A DNA stretch of 64,000 bases from Ignavibacteriota bacterium (lineage in GTDB: Bacteria; Bacteroidota; Ignavibacteria; UBA10030), in NCBI GenBank assembly GCA_963727825.1, contig CAVSHO010000011.1, positions 256,001 to 320,000 of the forward strand, written 5' to 3'. Shown in pieces: positions 21,912 to 30,930 of this stretch (its first letter is position 1; each line of letters opens with the position of its first letter). The notes under the pieces are model-generated. The model was not told where the DNA came from and did no database searches. It was given only the letters and a program-made list of their open reading frames with translations. Both the position numbers and the translations under genes were made by a program.

Positions 21912-21942
21912 ATGCCACCTAACGAATAGCCTCTAAGCTGCG
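21912..21942 (-). other. attC-like right arm plus R' core upstream of the helicase gene
   Basis: Minus strand CGCAGCTTAGaggctattcGTTAGGTggcat, a perfect GTTRRRY about 30 nt before the ATG. Confidence 0.6.
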
Positions 21943-22050
21943 ACACTGTAACCATTTTAATTTCATCTCATTCCCAAGTTCTAATTGGGAACACATTATT
22001 CCTATTTCGAGATATGTTTTGTGCATCGATATAATTTTAATAATATCATT

Positions 22051-22606
22051 TTATCTTGTTCTTTTCACATTGTATTTTGCCAAAGACTCTTTCACACGGA
22101 AACCGATTTCATTCTTTGGTTTATCTGGAGGCGCCATAAGTTGGCGGATGGCATCGAATACAATTCTAAATTGTGTATCGTACTTCTTTTCCATTTCTTC
22201 AAGCTTTGCAGCAATGTCCTTGTGCGTTGCAAGCAGTTATCGAATTTTTACAAATGTCCTCATGATTGCAATATTAACATAGATGGCGCGTTCGCTATCT
22301 AGCACACTAGAAAGCATCGCGACACCTTGTTCAGTGAAGGCAAATGGTGGATATCGCCGGACCGCCCCGTCCGCTGTTTGAGGTCGCAAATTGCGTCCTC
22401 AAAGCAGCCTCTTCTTTTTGATTTAGTTCAAACATAAAATCTGCCGGGAATCGCTTGATATTTCGTCGCACTTGTTCTTTCAAACGTTTTGTCGAGGTAC
22501 CATACAATGAAGCAAGTTGAAAATCGAGCAATACTTTTTGTCCTCTAATCAGGACAATCTTTTTTTCCACAACCTCGGACGGATTACTATATATAAAGTC
22601 ACCCAT
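22051..22606 (-). pseudogene. ORF6N (KilA-N related) DNA-binding protein pseudogene
   Basis: IRGQKVLLDFQLASLYG...RFPADFMF, frameshift near 22360, then [19 protein letters not shown]..., in-frame TAA near 22238, ends PKNEIGFRVKESLAKYNVKRTR*. Confidence 0.85.
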
Positions 22607-22643
22607 AATTCTTAAAATCCATCCTGAAATGCATATCTCTTCT

Positions 22644-22727
22644 TGGAGGCTTCTTGAGATTTCTTGTAACACACCCTGCCTGGTAGAATAAGTCCCGAAC
22701 GGCCTCTTTGTTCTTGTTGTGAATTTC
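22644..22727. repeat. 84-bp direct repeat flanking RAYT, copy B
   Basis: 8 mismatches by eye versus 23379-23462. Confidence 0.9.
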
Positions 22728-22780
22728 AAATTCGTTAAACATTTTATCGAGTTCTGTTTTGTGTTTGGGCATAAATAATT

Positions 22781-23293
22781 TCATTGTACATATTCTGAAT
22801 CGGACGCCCACTTAAGAACATTCCCTGTGATATAATCTCGAATATTATTCAAATCCTTGCTATCGCGTATAATATGTTCGTAAAATCGAGATTGCCAGCG
22901 GAAATCACATAACCCTTTACGCCTGCATTCTGTTGTAACCGCTGCTTTGTATGTCCTTATGATTATAGATAATGAACCTTTTTTCGGCGACAACCTTGTA
23001 GGGACGTTCAATTGAACGTCCCTACCATGATCATTCAAAATTATTATACCGTGGATGTGATTGGGCATAACAACAAACTCATCCAATTCCACATCCTCAA
23101 AATGACTCGGTATTTGCCTCCAACATTGTTGTGCAATTCTTCCTTCTTGCGATAACCTCATTTCGTCTGCGATGGTCTCACCGAATGTATCTTCTTTTTC
23201 GTATGTGCATATCGTAATAAAATATTCTCCTGGCCGAGCATAATCGTATTCTTTTAATCGTATCGTTTTCCTATTGTGAAGCGTTGTGATCAT
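22781..23293 (-). mobile_element. REP-associated tyrosine transposase (RAYT / Y1, IS200-like HUH)
   Basis: RKTIRLKEYDY..GEYFITICT, VVMPNHIHGII (HUH), WQSRFYEHIIRD..IRDYI. Confidence 0.9.
22998..23025. repeat. Perfect 28-bp GTAG palindrome inside the RAYT coding sequence
   Basis: gtagggacgttcaattgaacgtccctac. Confidence 0.9.
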
Positions 23294-23318
23294 TTTATAT
23301 TTTCAAGACCTTGGTCTA

Positions 23319-23387
23319 TAAAACACAAAAAGCCTCCATCATTCTTCCCCCCGCCCAAAAAAAGTAGCGGGCAAGTGCTGGAGGCTT
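23319..23387 (-). terminator. Putative terminator upstream of RAYT
   Basis: Minus strand aagcctcca...tggaggctt followed by tttgtgtttt; a nested hairpin occupies the loop. Confidence 0.55.
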
Positions 23388-23462
23388 CTCGAGATTTCTT
23401 GTAACGCATTCTGCCCGGTAGAATAAGTCCCGAACGGACTCTTTATTCTTTTTGTGAATTTC
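23379..23462. repeat. 84-bp direct repeat flanking RAYT, copy A
   Basis: Contains GTAGaataagtcc-cgaac-ggactctttattct hairpin. Confidence 0.9.
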
Positions 23463-23513
23463 TAACGGAGGTAAAGCTGAATCCCGAACTCCCAACGGGT
23501 ACAACTTACCGTT

Positions 23514-23542
23514 ATTGTAACAACGCTTTGGGCAAAATGCAA
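23514..23542 (-). promoter_or_regulatory. Putative sigma70 promoter
   Basis: Minus strand TTGCAT-17 nt-TACAAT. Confidence 0.6.
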
Positions 23543-23578
23543 GATTTTTATAGCCCCATTGCTCATTTTATCATCTTC

Positions 23579-23704
23579 TCATTTCCAATGTATTGCGCGT
23601 TTGCTTTGTAATACCCCGGAAAGCATTGCAACACTTTTTTCCGTAAATACATAAGGAGAATAGCGCGCGCCGCCCCATCTTGAGGTGCCAATTTGGTACC
23701 TCAA
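23579..23704 (-). pseudogene. Second ORF6N fragment
   Basis: [41 protein letters not shown] aligns to the LRTQFATS...[13 protein letters not shown] region of 22051-22606. Confidence 0.8.
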
Positions 23705-23716
23705 GAATGTGTAAAT

Positions 23717-23792
23717 GTCACCCTGAGCATGTCGAAGAGTGACTAATAATTCGAATATCAGGCTTCGACAAGTGGCGCTTACTCAGCCTGAC
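23717..23792. repeat. Palindromic repeat (tgtcaccctgagc..gtcgaag / cttcgac..ctcagcctgac family)
   Basis: Inverted arms visible; related element at 26113-26258. Confidence 0.7.
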
Positions 23793-23939
23793 TTGCTTCC
23801 CGCGTTTTTAAGATGGCTTATTGCTTTTTTCTCGCTGTATTCGCATTTCTTTCTCGTCGAACTGCTTCGCACGATTGTTAAACTAATCCGTGGTATCGCC
23901 AAAGTACTTTTCGCGCTTGACTTTTTAAATTACTATAAC

Positions 23940-24227
23940 GTCGGACAGCTCCGCGCCGATGTGAACTGACTTCGCGTCATTGTCACCTGACACTCCCTCC
24001 TCGTCAAAGCATTCTGCCCAGTTATCAAACTGCTTTTCGCTATCGTCAGGTGGCTTCCCATCAATGTCAGATGACTCCGCATCGTCGTCAAATGGCTTAG
24101 CGTCGATGTCAGATGACTTCCCGTTGAGGTCAGATTGCATTTCGCCAGAGTCAGATCTCTTCCAAATTGACACGAATAGATTCGTGACATTCTCATGCCT
24201 CCGGCTGTCAGATGGCATTTCGCCACT
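23940..24227. repeat. Degenerate 21-bp tandem array (about 11 units plus one detached unit)
   Basis: Units mostly start gtca at 21-nt period, e.g. gtcagatgactccgcatcgtc / gtcaaatggcttagcgtcgat / gtcagatgacttcccgttgag. Confidence 0.8.
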
Positions 24228-24232
24228 GCTAT

Positions 24233-24343
24233 TCTCGATCCCAAGCTCTGATTGGAATCGCAACTGCCAGAAGCTCCGCTTCCATTCTTGCTCTGGAATC
24301 TATCCTCAATGCCATCCATTCCAAAACGGAGTTTGGGAACGAT
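24233..24343. repeat. REP-like doublet (ttcccaa...ttgggaa family)
   Basis: tctcgatcccaagctctgattggaatc ... attccaaaacggagtttgggaacg; related single hairpin at 21966-21992. Confidence 0.6.
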
Positions 24344-24496
24344 GTTAAACGTTTGCATCCTGCCAGTTCTCATTTACTGAGTGTACCATAAAATCTTCTC
24401 AAGGCAATCTGCAATTTATTTCCTACAAGCTTATCCTTTAATAGTTGGGAATTCTCTTCGACTGCTCGTTCCCCTGCAAGAATACTTTGATCGATG

Positions 24497-25313
24497 CTAG
24501 TGAAATTCATTCCAATCGATAGTATCTACATCCGGCTTGAGAACAATGTTCGCGTGGTGCAGATGAATATCGTCAAGCTTGTTGTTTGTAACTTCAGCCG
24601 CACGGATAACAATCTCATATCCATGCCGATGGTTCTCATACTTGCCAAGGGATTGGCGGACATCAACAGCAACGATGGGATCTTTCGACAACGAACGAGC
24701 AGCCGGCACAGGAATCGGTACTAGTAACTTTTCCATCAACAAAATAATAACGGCCCATTTCAATAGGAGCAACAACACCCGGAATTGCCGAACTTGCTGC
24801 AACAGCAGTGATGATGGACCCGGAGGTAAACACATATTCTTCACCGGAGACTATATCACTTGCTACAGCAGCAAAATGAAGAGATAAATCGCTTATATCT
24901 CCTTCTTCCAGGAGCAAAGCCATCGATTGGATCAATGTTGTTTGTGCAAACTTTCCGTTTCCAAGTGCAGACTTTGACATGAAATATCTTTGTCGTAAGT
25001 GCGTGGCAAATCTATCCCACACAAAACGAGAACTTTTGGTATCTGTGGTTGAAAATTGTTCTAATCCGATCTGTTTGTAGAAAGATCCATTCAGAAATTC
25101 TCTGAATTTTTTTTCTACAGCGTTCGCATTTTTCAGTTGAGAGTACATGCCGCCCACAACAGCTCCCATACTAGTACCAACAATCAGTGATGGTATTAGC
25201 CCAATCCTCTCAAGAGCTTTGAGAATTCCAATATGTGCCAACCCGCGCGCTCCGCCTCCACCCAGAACTAGCGTGAAAGGACGAACCTTATTATGTAGTG
25301 GATTTCGCTGCAT
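24497..25313 (-). CDS. Patatin-like phospholipase, one frameshift near 24717
   Basis: GGGGARG, GTSMG, FVDGK; continues IPVPAARSL...VAVDV in the second frame. Confidence 0.88.
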
Positions 25314-25355
25314 TATTTTTCTTTAGTAAATATCTTTTAAGCAGCCTGTGAATAT

Positions 25356-25988
25356 CTATTTTTCTTTCCGTTCTTCCAGGGTGACTTCTATTTCATCATC
25401 CGGAAGATAGATTGAAACTTTCCGATAGTGAAGAGCGCCAACGTTGTCTATCACTACTCGTCCTCTGATATCGGGAGTTCCAGCCGTGTCAAATGTGAGG
25501 ACATTGAAAGCCCGTGCATGTCCGAACTTCAGTTCTTCGTCTTGCGAAAGCTTGAATTCCGCCGCTTCTGCAGCCAGCTTTCGTTTACTGAAAATAAACA
25601 TTCCCCGCATAGCATGACGTGAAGAGTCTTTGAACATATTTCGGAGTGTTCTCACAAATCGGATTGCATCATTGTTTAATATCTCCGCAGGTTTTCTTGG
25701 AAGCCATACTGCGGATTCTTTAGTAGTGTCGGAGTGAATGCGAGCCCATGCTTTTCCTCCTTTATCATCCAGGGCTATAAAGAATTCTTCTCGACCTTTA
25801 CTATTCTTCCATGTTGATTCACTGAAAAAAAATTGATCGGGGAGGTATCCTCCTATTTTCCCAAGCAAGGTAGCGAAGAACGGGCCATCCCACACTGCAT
25901 CGAAAACCGCAGTAACTTCCGCTGAATTCAGGATGCTTGCCAAAAAAAGAAACATAAGAATGCCGTAAACCACTATTTGCTTTATCAT
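25356..25988 (-). CDS. Hypothetical exported protein
   Basis: 210-aa ORF with an N-terminal hydrophobic signal-like segment; no family recognised. Confidence 0.65.
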   Translation of the reverse strand: MIKQIVVYGILMFLFLASILNSAEVTAVFDAVWDGPFFATLLGKIGGYLPDQFFFSESTWKNSKGREEFFIALDDKGGKAWARIHSDTTKESAVWLPRKPAEILNNDAIRFVRTLRNMFKDSSRHAMRGMFIFSKRKLAAEAAEFKLSQDEELKFGHARAFNVLTFDTAGTPDIRGRVVIDNVGALHYRKVSIYLPDDEIEVTLEERKEK

Positions 25989-26112
25989 AGAATTGCAGAT
26001 TCCTATTTTTTTATGATCTTCTCTACCTTCACATTGACGGTAGTATAGGAAATTTTAAAAGAAATTGCACCGTGAAATAATGATTAGAATATATCTCAAA
26101 AATATTTCTTAC

Positions 26113-26258
26113 TGTCAGATTGAGCTTGCCTGCCCTCCGAAGGCACACAGGCGGATCGAAGTCTGACCTATCGCATATTCCAACACTTATCGACAGGCCT
26201 TCGGCGTGAGACCTCAACGTGAGCTCGGTCAAACGTTCAGGCGATCGCTCAGGGCGAC
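26113..26258. repeat. Composite palindromic repeat with nested inserts
   Basis: tgtcagattgagc...tcgaag and tcgac...gctcagggcgac arms. Confidence 0.6.
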
Positions 26259-26327
26259 TTAAAATCATTTTTTAGGATAGCTTATACTCTTTTTTTCATT
26301 TCCCTCCTTTTTTGTTTATCTTTTGTT

Positions 26328-26864
26328 ATGCGAAAACTGACACACGCTGAAATTTCAATTAAACGCCTTCATGTAGAACAGGTAGAAAATGCGACGCGTG
26401 CTCCGCTGATTGTTTTGGTAGATAATGTCCGGAGTTTATATAATGTCGGTTCTATCTTCCGAACATCCGACGGAGCTATGATTGAGAAGCTCATACTCGC
26501 CGGATTTACGCCGCAACCGCCGCGCAAGGAAATCGAAAAAACAGCGCTCGGTTCTACAAAAAGCGTCCCATGGGAATACACTAAGCATCCGATCGAAACT
26601 ATTCAAAGGTTGAAGGAACGCAGTTACAAGATTTGTTGCTTAGAATTGACGGATAAAAGTATCAATTACAACGATATCAAGATATCTGATTTTCCGATTT
26701 GTCTTGTTATTGGCAACGAGATTAATGGAGTATCAAAAGAAATCATTGAGCTTTGCGATTTGGCGATAGAGATTCCGATGTACGGCATCAAGCAATCGCT
26801 GAATGTTGCGGTGGCGTATGGAATTGCAGTATTTGAACTTGCAAGACTTTGGCGAACAAACTGA
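26328..26864 (+). CDS. TrmH/SpoU family RNA methyltransferase
   Basis: NVGSIFRT, IGNEINGV, IPMYGIKQSLNVAVA. Confidence 0.92.
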   Translation: MRKLTHAEISIKRLHVEQVENATRAPLIVLVDNVRSLYNVGSIFRTSDGAMIEKLILAGFTPQPPRKEIEKTALGSTKSVPWEYTKHPIETIQRLKERSYKICCLELTDKSINYNDIKISDFPICLVIGNEINGVSKEIIELCDLAIEIPMYGIKQSLNVAVAYGIAVFELARLWRTN

Positions 26865-27037
26865 GATTGCTGAACCTCCAATCGCTCAGGAAAAGATTCC
26901 CTTTTTCATCCCTCCACTTCATCCATCAGAATTAAGAATGATTAAGTTCATTTATTATACATTGACTTGAAGAATAGTAGATTTTCAAGCAAAATTTTAA
27001 GAAATTTAAATATCCATAAATTATTAAAGAATAGACT

Positions 27038-28190
27038 ATGAATATAATAATTCCGAAAGAAGCTTCATCCGAACTGCGGGTTGCAATGCTGCCTCAGAAC
27101 GTCGAAAAACTTGTTAAAAAAGGTGCAAAGATTAATCATCGAATCGAAACTCGGCACTACACTTGGTATTTCAGATGAAGATTATAAAAAAGCAGGTGCT
27201 TCCATCGAGAAGAACCGTAAAAAACTCTTAGCGTCAGGAAACATCATTTTACGTTTGCGCAAACCTGATATAAATGAAGTTCCTTCAATGAAAAAGGGAT
27301 CAATTCAAGTTAGTTTTCTCGATCCATTTAACGAGCCCGAACTTCTTGCAGCTCTTGCGAAACAAAAGATTTCTGCAATATCAATGGAAATGATTCCGCG
27401 TTCGACACGCGCACAGAAGATGGATGCACTGAGTTCGCAGGCAAGTCTTGCAGGATATGCTGCAGTGATTTTAGCAGCCGATAATATATACAAGATTTTT
27501 CCTATGATGATGACGCCTGCCGGCACATTGCAGCCATCGAAAGTGTTTATCATCGGCGCAGGTGTTGCAGGATTGCAGGCGATTGCAACTGCAAGGCGTC
27601 TCGGTGCAAAAGTAGATGCGTTCGATACCCGCCCCATCGCAAAAAACGATGTCTTGTCGCTCGGTGCAAAATTCGTCGAGGTTGATCTCGGTGAAACCGG
27701 ACAAACTGCTCAGGGATATGCAAAAGCGTTGACTGAAGAACAATTGAAAAAGCAACGCGATGTTATGAAACAATATTGTGCGCAGGCAGATATTGTAATT
27801 ACTACGGCACAAGTTTTCGGACGCAAAGCTCCAGTCATTGTTACGAATGATATGATTGATGCAATGAAGCCAGGTTCCGTTGTTGTTGACCTCGCCATTG
27901 AAACAGGCGGGAACGTAGAAGGTGCTGTTCTCGGCAAGATTATTAACAAGAACGGTGTCAAGATTATCGGCTTGGCAAATATGCCGGCTCGTGTGGCAAT
28001 GAACGCCAGCCAAATGTATGCCAACAATCTAACAAATCTACTCGATGAGTTTTGGAACAAAGAGAAAAAGGAATTTGAACTAAAGCTCGACGACGATATC
28101 ATCAAAGGATGTTTGATCACACACGGCGGCGCTATTGTACATCCCAATTTTGCACCTCACATTGAAGAAAAGAAATCTCACAAAGGATAA
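27038..28190 (+). CDS. pntA: NAD(P) transhydrogenase alpha subunit part 1, frameshift near 27130
   Basis: MNIIIPKEASSELRVAMLP..LVKKGA in one frame; RAQKMDALSS, GAGVAGLQA, DLAIETGGN in the main ORF. Confidence 0.92.
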
Positions 28191-28196
28191 TACGTT

Positions 28197-28487
28197 ATGT
28201 TTCCCTTAATTGAATCATTTTATATACTCATCCTCGCCGGCTTCGTTGGATTTGAGGTTATCAAACGCGTGACACCAACGCTGCACACGCCGTTGATGTC
28301 AGCAACCAATGCTATCTCCGGAATTTCATTAGTCGGTTCACTCGTCGCCGCTGGAAGCGATCAGTTTGTCAGTCAAATGCTCGGGCTCGTTGCGGTTACA
28401 GCGGCCACTATCAATGTCGTTGGCGGATTTATGATCACCGAACGAATGTTGAAAATGTTCAAACGAAAGGAGCGGAAACAGCAATGA
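28197..28487 (+). CDS. NAD(P) transhydrogenase alpha subunit part 2
   Basis: LHTPLMSATNAISG, NVVGGFMITERMLKMF. Confidence 0.94.
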   Translation: MFPLIESFYILILAGFVGFEVIKRVTPTLHTPLMSATNAISGISLVGSLVAAGSDQFVSQMLGLVAVTAATINVVGGFMITERMLKMFKRKERKQQ

Positions 28488-29861
28488 TTAATTATCCGCT
28501 CGAAATTACTTACATCATCGCTTCCGTCCTATTTATTATGGGATTGAAGGGACTCGGTCATCCTGAATCAGCACGCCGCGGCATGCATTATGCAGAAATC
28601 GGAATGCTGATGGCAGTCATCGGCACACTGCTTGGTCAAAATATTGTTACATGGCAATGGATTCTAATTGGCCTGGTAATTGGTTCGCTTATTGGCACCG
28701 CAATGGCAATCTTCATGCCGATGACGGCAATGCCGCAACGAATCGCAATTTCGCATGCGTTTGGCGCACTTGCCGCAGTGCTTGTTGGTATCAATGAATT
28801 TATTATAAAGGGATCGGAAGTTACAAGCGGACTTATGGGAGCATTAGGATTTGAAGTGCTCTTCGGTTCGCTTACAGTTGCAGGCAGCTTGATGGCTTTC
28901 GGGAAACTTCAAGGTATTTTAAGAAGCGCACCTATGACATATAAAGGTCAAAACTTCGTCAACATCACGCTATTTTTTGTTACGGTCGGAATGTTCGTCT
29001 ATCTCGTTTTCTTCCCGCAAAATGCTCTTGTCTTCGGCTCAATGATTGCAATTTCGTTTATTAATCGGCATTTTCATTGTTATGCCTATCGGAGGAGCAG
29101 ATATGCCGGTTGTTTTATCGTTGATGAATTCGTATGCCGGACTTGCCGCCGCTGCAACAGGATTTGCAATCAACAATAAAGTGCTGATCATTGCCGGCTC
29201 ATTGGATGGTTCGTCAGGATTTATTCTTTCGATCATTATGAGCAAAGCTATGAACCGATCGTTCGCAAATGTACTTTTTGGCGCTGTTGGTTCTCCACAA
29301 GTCGACACTTCAACTCTTCATGAAGACCGACCTATCACAAAAATAAATGTTGAAGATGCAAAGTTTATTCTTGAACAGGCAGATCGTGTGGTTGTCGTTC
29401 CGGGATATGGAATGGCAGTGGCACAAGCTCAACATGCAGTCCGTGAACTGAGTGATGAATTAGAAAAACGCGGAACAAAAGTTGAATTTGCTATTCATCC
29501 GGTTGCGGGACGCATGCCAGGACACATGAATGTGCTTCTCGCTGAAGCAAATGTGTCTTATGACCAATTGCAAGAGATGGAAGTTATCAATCCTACGATG
29601 GATACAGTAGATGTTGCCATTGTGATTGGTGCAAACGATGTGGTCAATCCTGCCGCTCGCACAGACAAAGGAAGCCCGATATATGGCATGCCGATTATTG
29701 ATGTCGATAAAGCACGGACCGTTATTGTGATGAAGCGTTCGATGGCAACCGGATTTGCCGGCATCGAAAATCCGCTCTTCTATCAAGAGAACACGAAAAT
29801 GTTATTCGGTGATGCAAAAAATGTTTTGCAGCAATTGATTGCAGAGTTTAAGAAGACCTGA
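28484..29861 (+). CDS. pntB: NAD(P) transhydrogenase beta subunit, frameshift near 29063
   Basis: MTAMPQ, IGGADMPVV, VPGYGMAVAQAQ, HPVAGRMPGHMNVLLAEA. Confidence 0.93.
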
Positions 29862-29889
29862 TTTATCGCAAGATACATAGTCTTTCCAT

Positions 29890-30293
29890 CGTAGAATCCG
29901 ATCACCGATCGGATCATATATCAAATGTCGTCCGATGTGATCATCGGACTCTACTGTTACAAATTCTGAATTTCTTCCCAAATAATTAATTCAGTCCCAG
30001 AGTTGGGAGGGAGTTTTACTCCCGACCTAACTTCATTCATCCTCGTTGCAAAACTCAGCTTAATAGTGCTATTCAACAGAGCTTTTCATCCAAGAACATT
30101 TGTCCGTTAATTGGCGAGCTCCTTTTTCCTTTCTGTTCGGGAGAGCATCTCCCTCACAACTTGGTAATTAATTCAGTCCCAGAGTTGGGAGGGAGTTTTA
30201 CTCCCGACCTAACTTCAGAGCATCTCCCTCACAACTTGCTTGGCATCTCCATCACAACTTGGGTCTGATGGTCGGACTCTACGCTTACAAATT
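29890..30293. repeat. Nested REP-like cluster with a 53-bp exact duplication
   Basis: GTAG hairpin doublet 29890-29954; identical 29983-30035 and 30165-30217; gcatctccNtcacaactt three times. Confidence 0.8.
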
Positions 30294-30302
30294 CCCAAAT
30301 AG

Positions 30303-30461
30303 TTACTTCAGTCCACGTTTTTTTTTCTCGATGATAACTTGAACATCGAGTGGAGCGGAGCAAATCGGACACACGTAGCGTCGTGTAGTTTCATTGTAGT
30401 CAGGTTCATGCTTTTCTTTACAATTTGGACATCGAATTAGAAGTGGTTTATCATCTTTCAT
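30303..30461 (-). CDS. Small zinc-ribbon protein (52 aa), not in the ORF track
   Basis: MKDDKPLLIRCPNCKEKHEPDYNETTRRYVCPICSAPLDVQVIIEKKKRGLK*; CxxC-x16-CxxC. Confidence 0.65.
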   Translation of the reverse strand: MKDDKPLLIRCPNCKEKHEPDYNETTRRYVCPICSAPLDVQVIIEKKKRGLK

Positions 30462-30930
30462 AAGTTTACCGTTTCTTTCCTATTTGACCTCTTTATTATG
30501 CTGTTTAAATGGCAGATAATGAATTCCGTGGCATTTAGAGCACACCTAAAAAGAACCTGTCTTTCTCACATGTTTTTAGTGGGAATCTTACTTTAAATCT
30601 ATCAAAATTCCACGCCGCCAAAGCACACTTTATACGGCGGGCAAGCCGATAATCCCGATTGATAACATCAATCGAGACGGGAATGACTTTTCGGCTGAAT
30701 AGTTATTGGAATATAGCCATATGGAATTCCAATCACAATAACTTATCTTAGTATCAATTTAAAGAAATACTCAATACTGCACTTCATTTAAGTGCAGCTT
30801 TCTAACTATCAGGACGTAAGTCCTGACAGCATTACGATTATGGATAGACTTGTTTTAACTCATCTACTTTCTCCTTTCAAATTTTATCGTATATTGTTCA
30901 AAACATATAAAACATTTTGAAAGATAACAT

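Larger units (their letters stand above)
23319..23510 (-). ncRNA. Candidate structured RNA or leader (about 190 nt), family unknown
   Basis: Promoter at 23514-23542, two hairpins and a terminator; no credible ORF. Confidence 0.3.

Noticed and set aside
23420-23450. AATAAAGAGTCCGTT resembling a tracrRNA nexus, and AAGCCTCC resembling a c-di-GMP-I riboswitch
   Set aside because: Matches are only a few nucleotides; the anti-repeat, Cas9 and other riboswitch consensus elements are absent.
22599-23504. Short ORFs 22599-22811 and 23316-23504 sharing EIHxKNKExVRDLFY
   Set aside because: The similarity comes only from the 84-bp DNA repeat; starts and ends are unrelated and no family is recognised.
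23940-24227. 21-bp periodic array as a CRISPR array
   Set aside because: No constant 23-47 bp repeat with unique spacers, units are contiguous, and there are no cas genes in the window.
26029-26268. 79-aa ORF MILSRPERSPERL...
   Set aside because: It is a translation of a palindromic repeat element.
29983-30217. Two identical 53-bp repeats as a mini-CRISPR
   Set aside because: Only two copies, a 129-bp interval that itself contains an inverted REP arm, and no cas genes.
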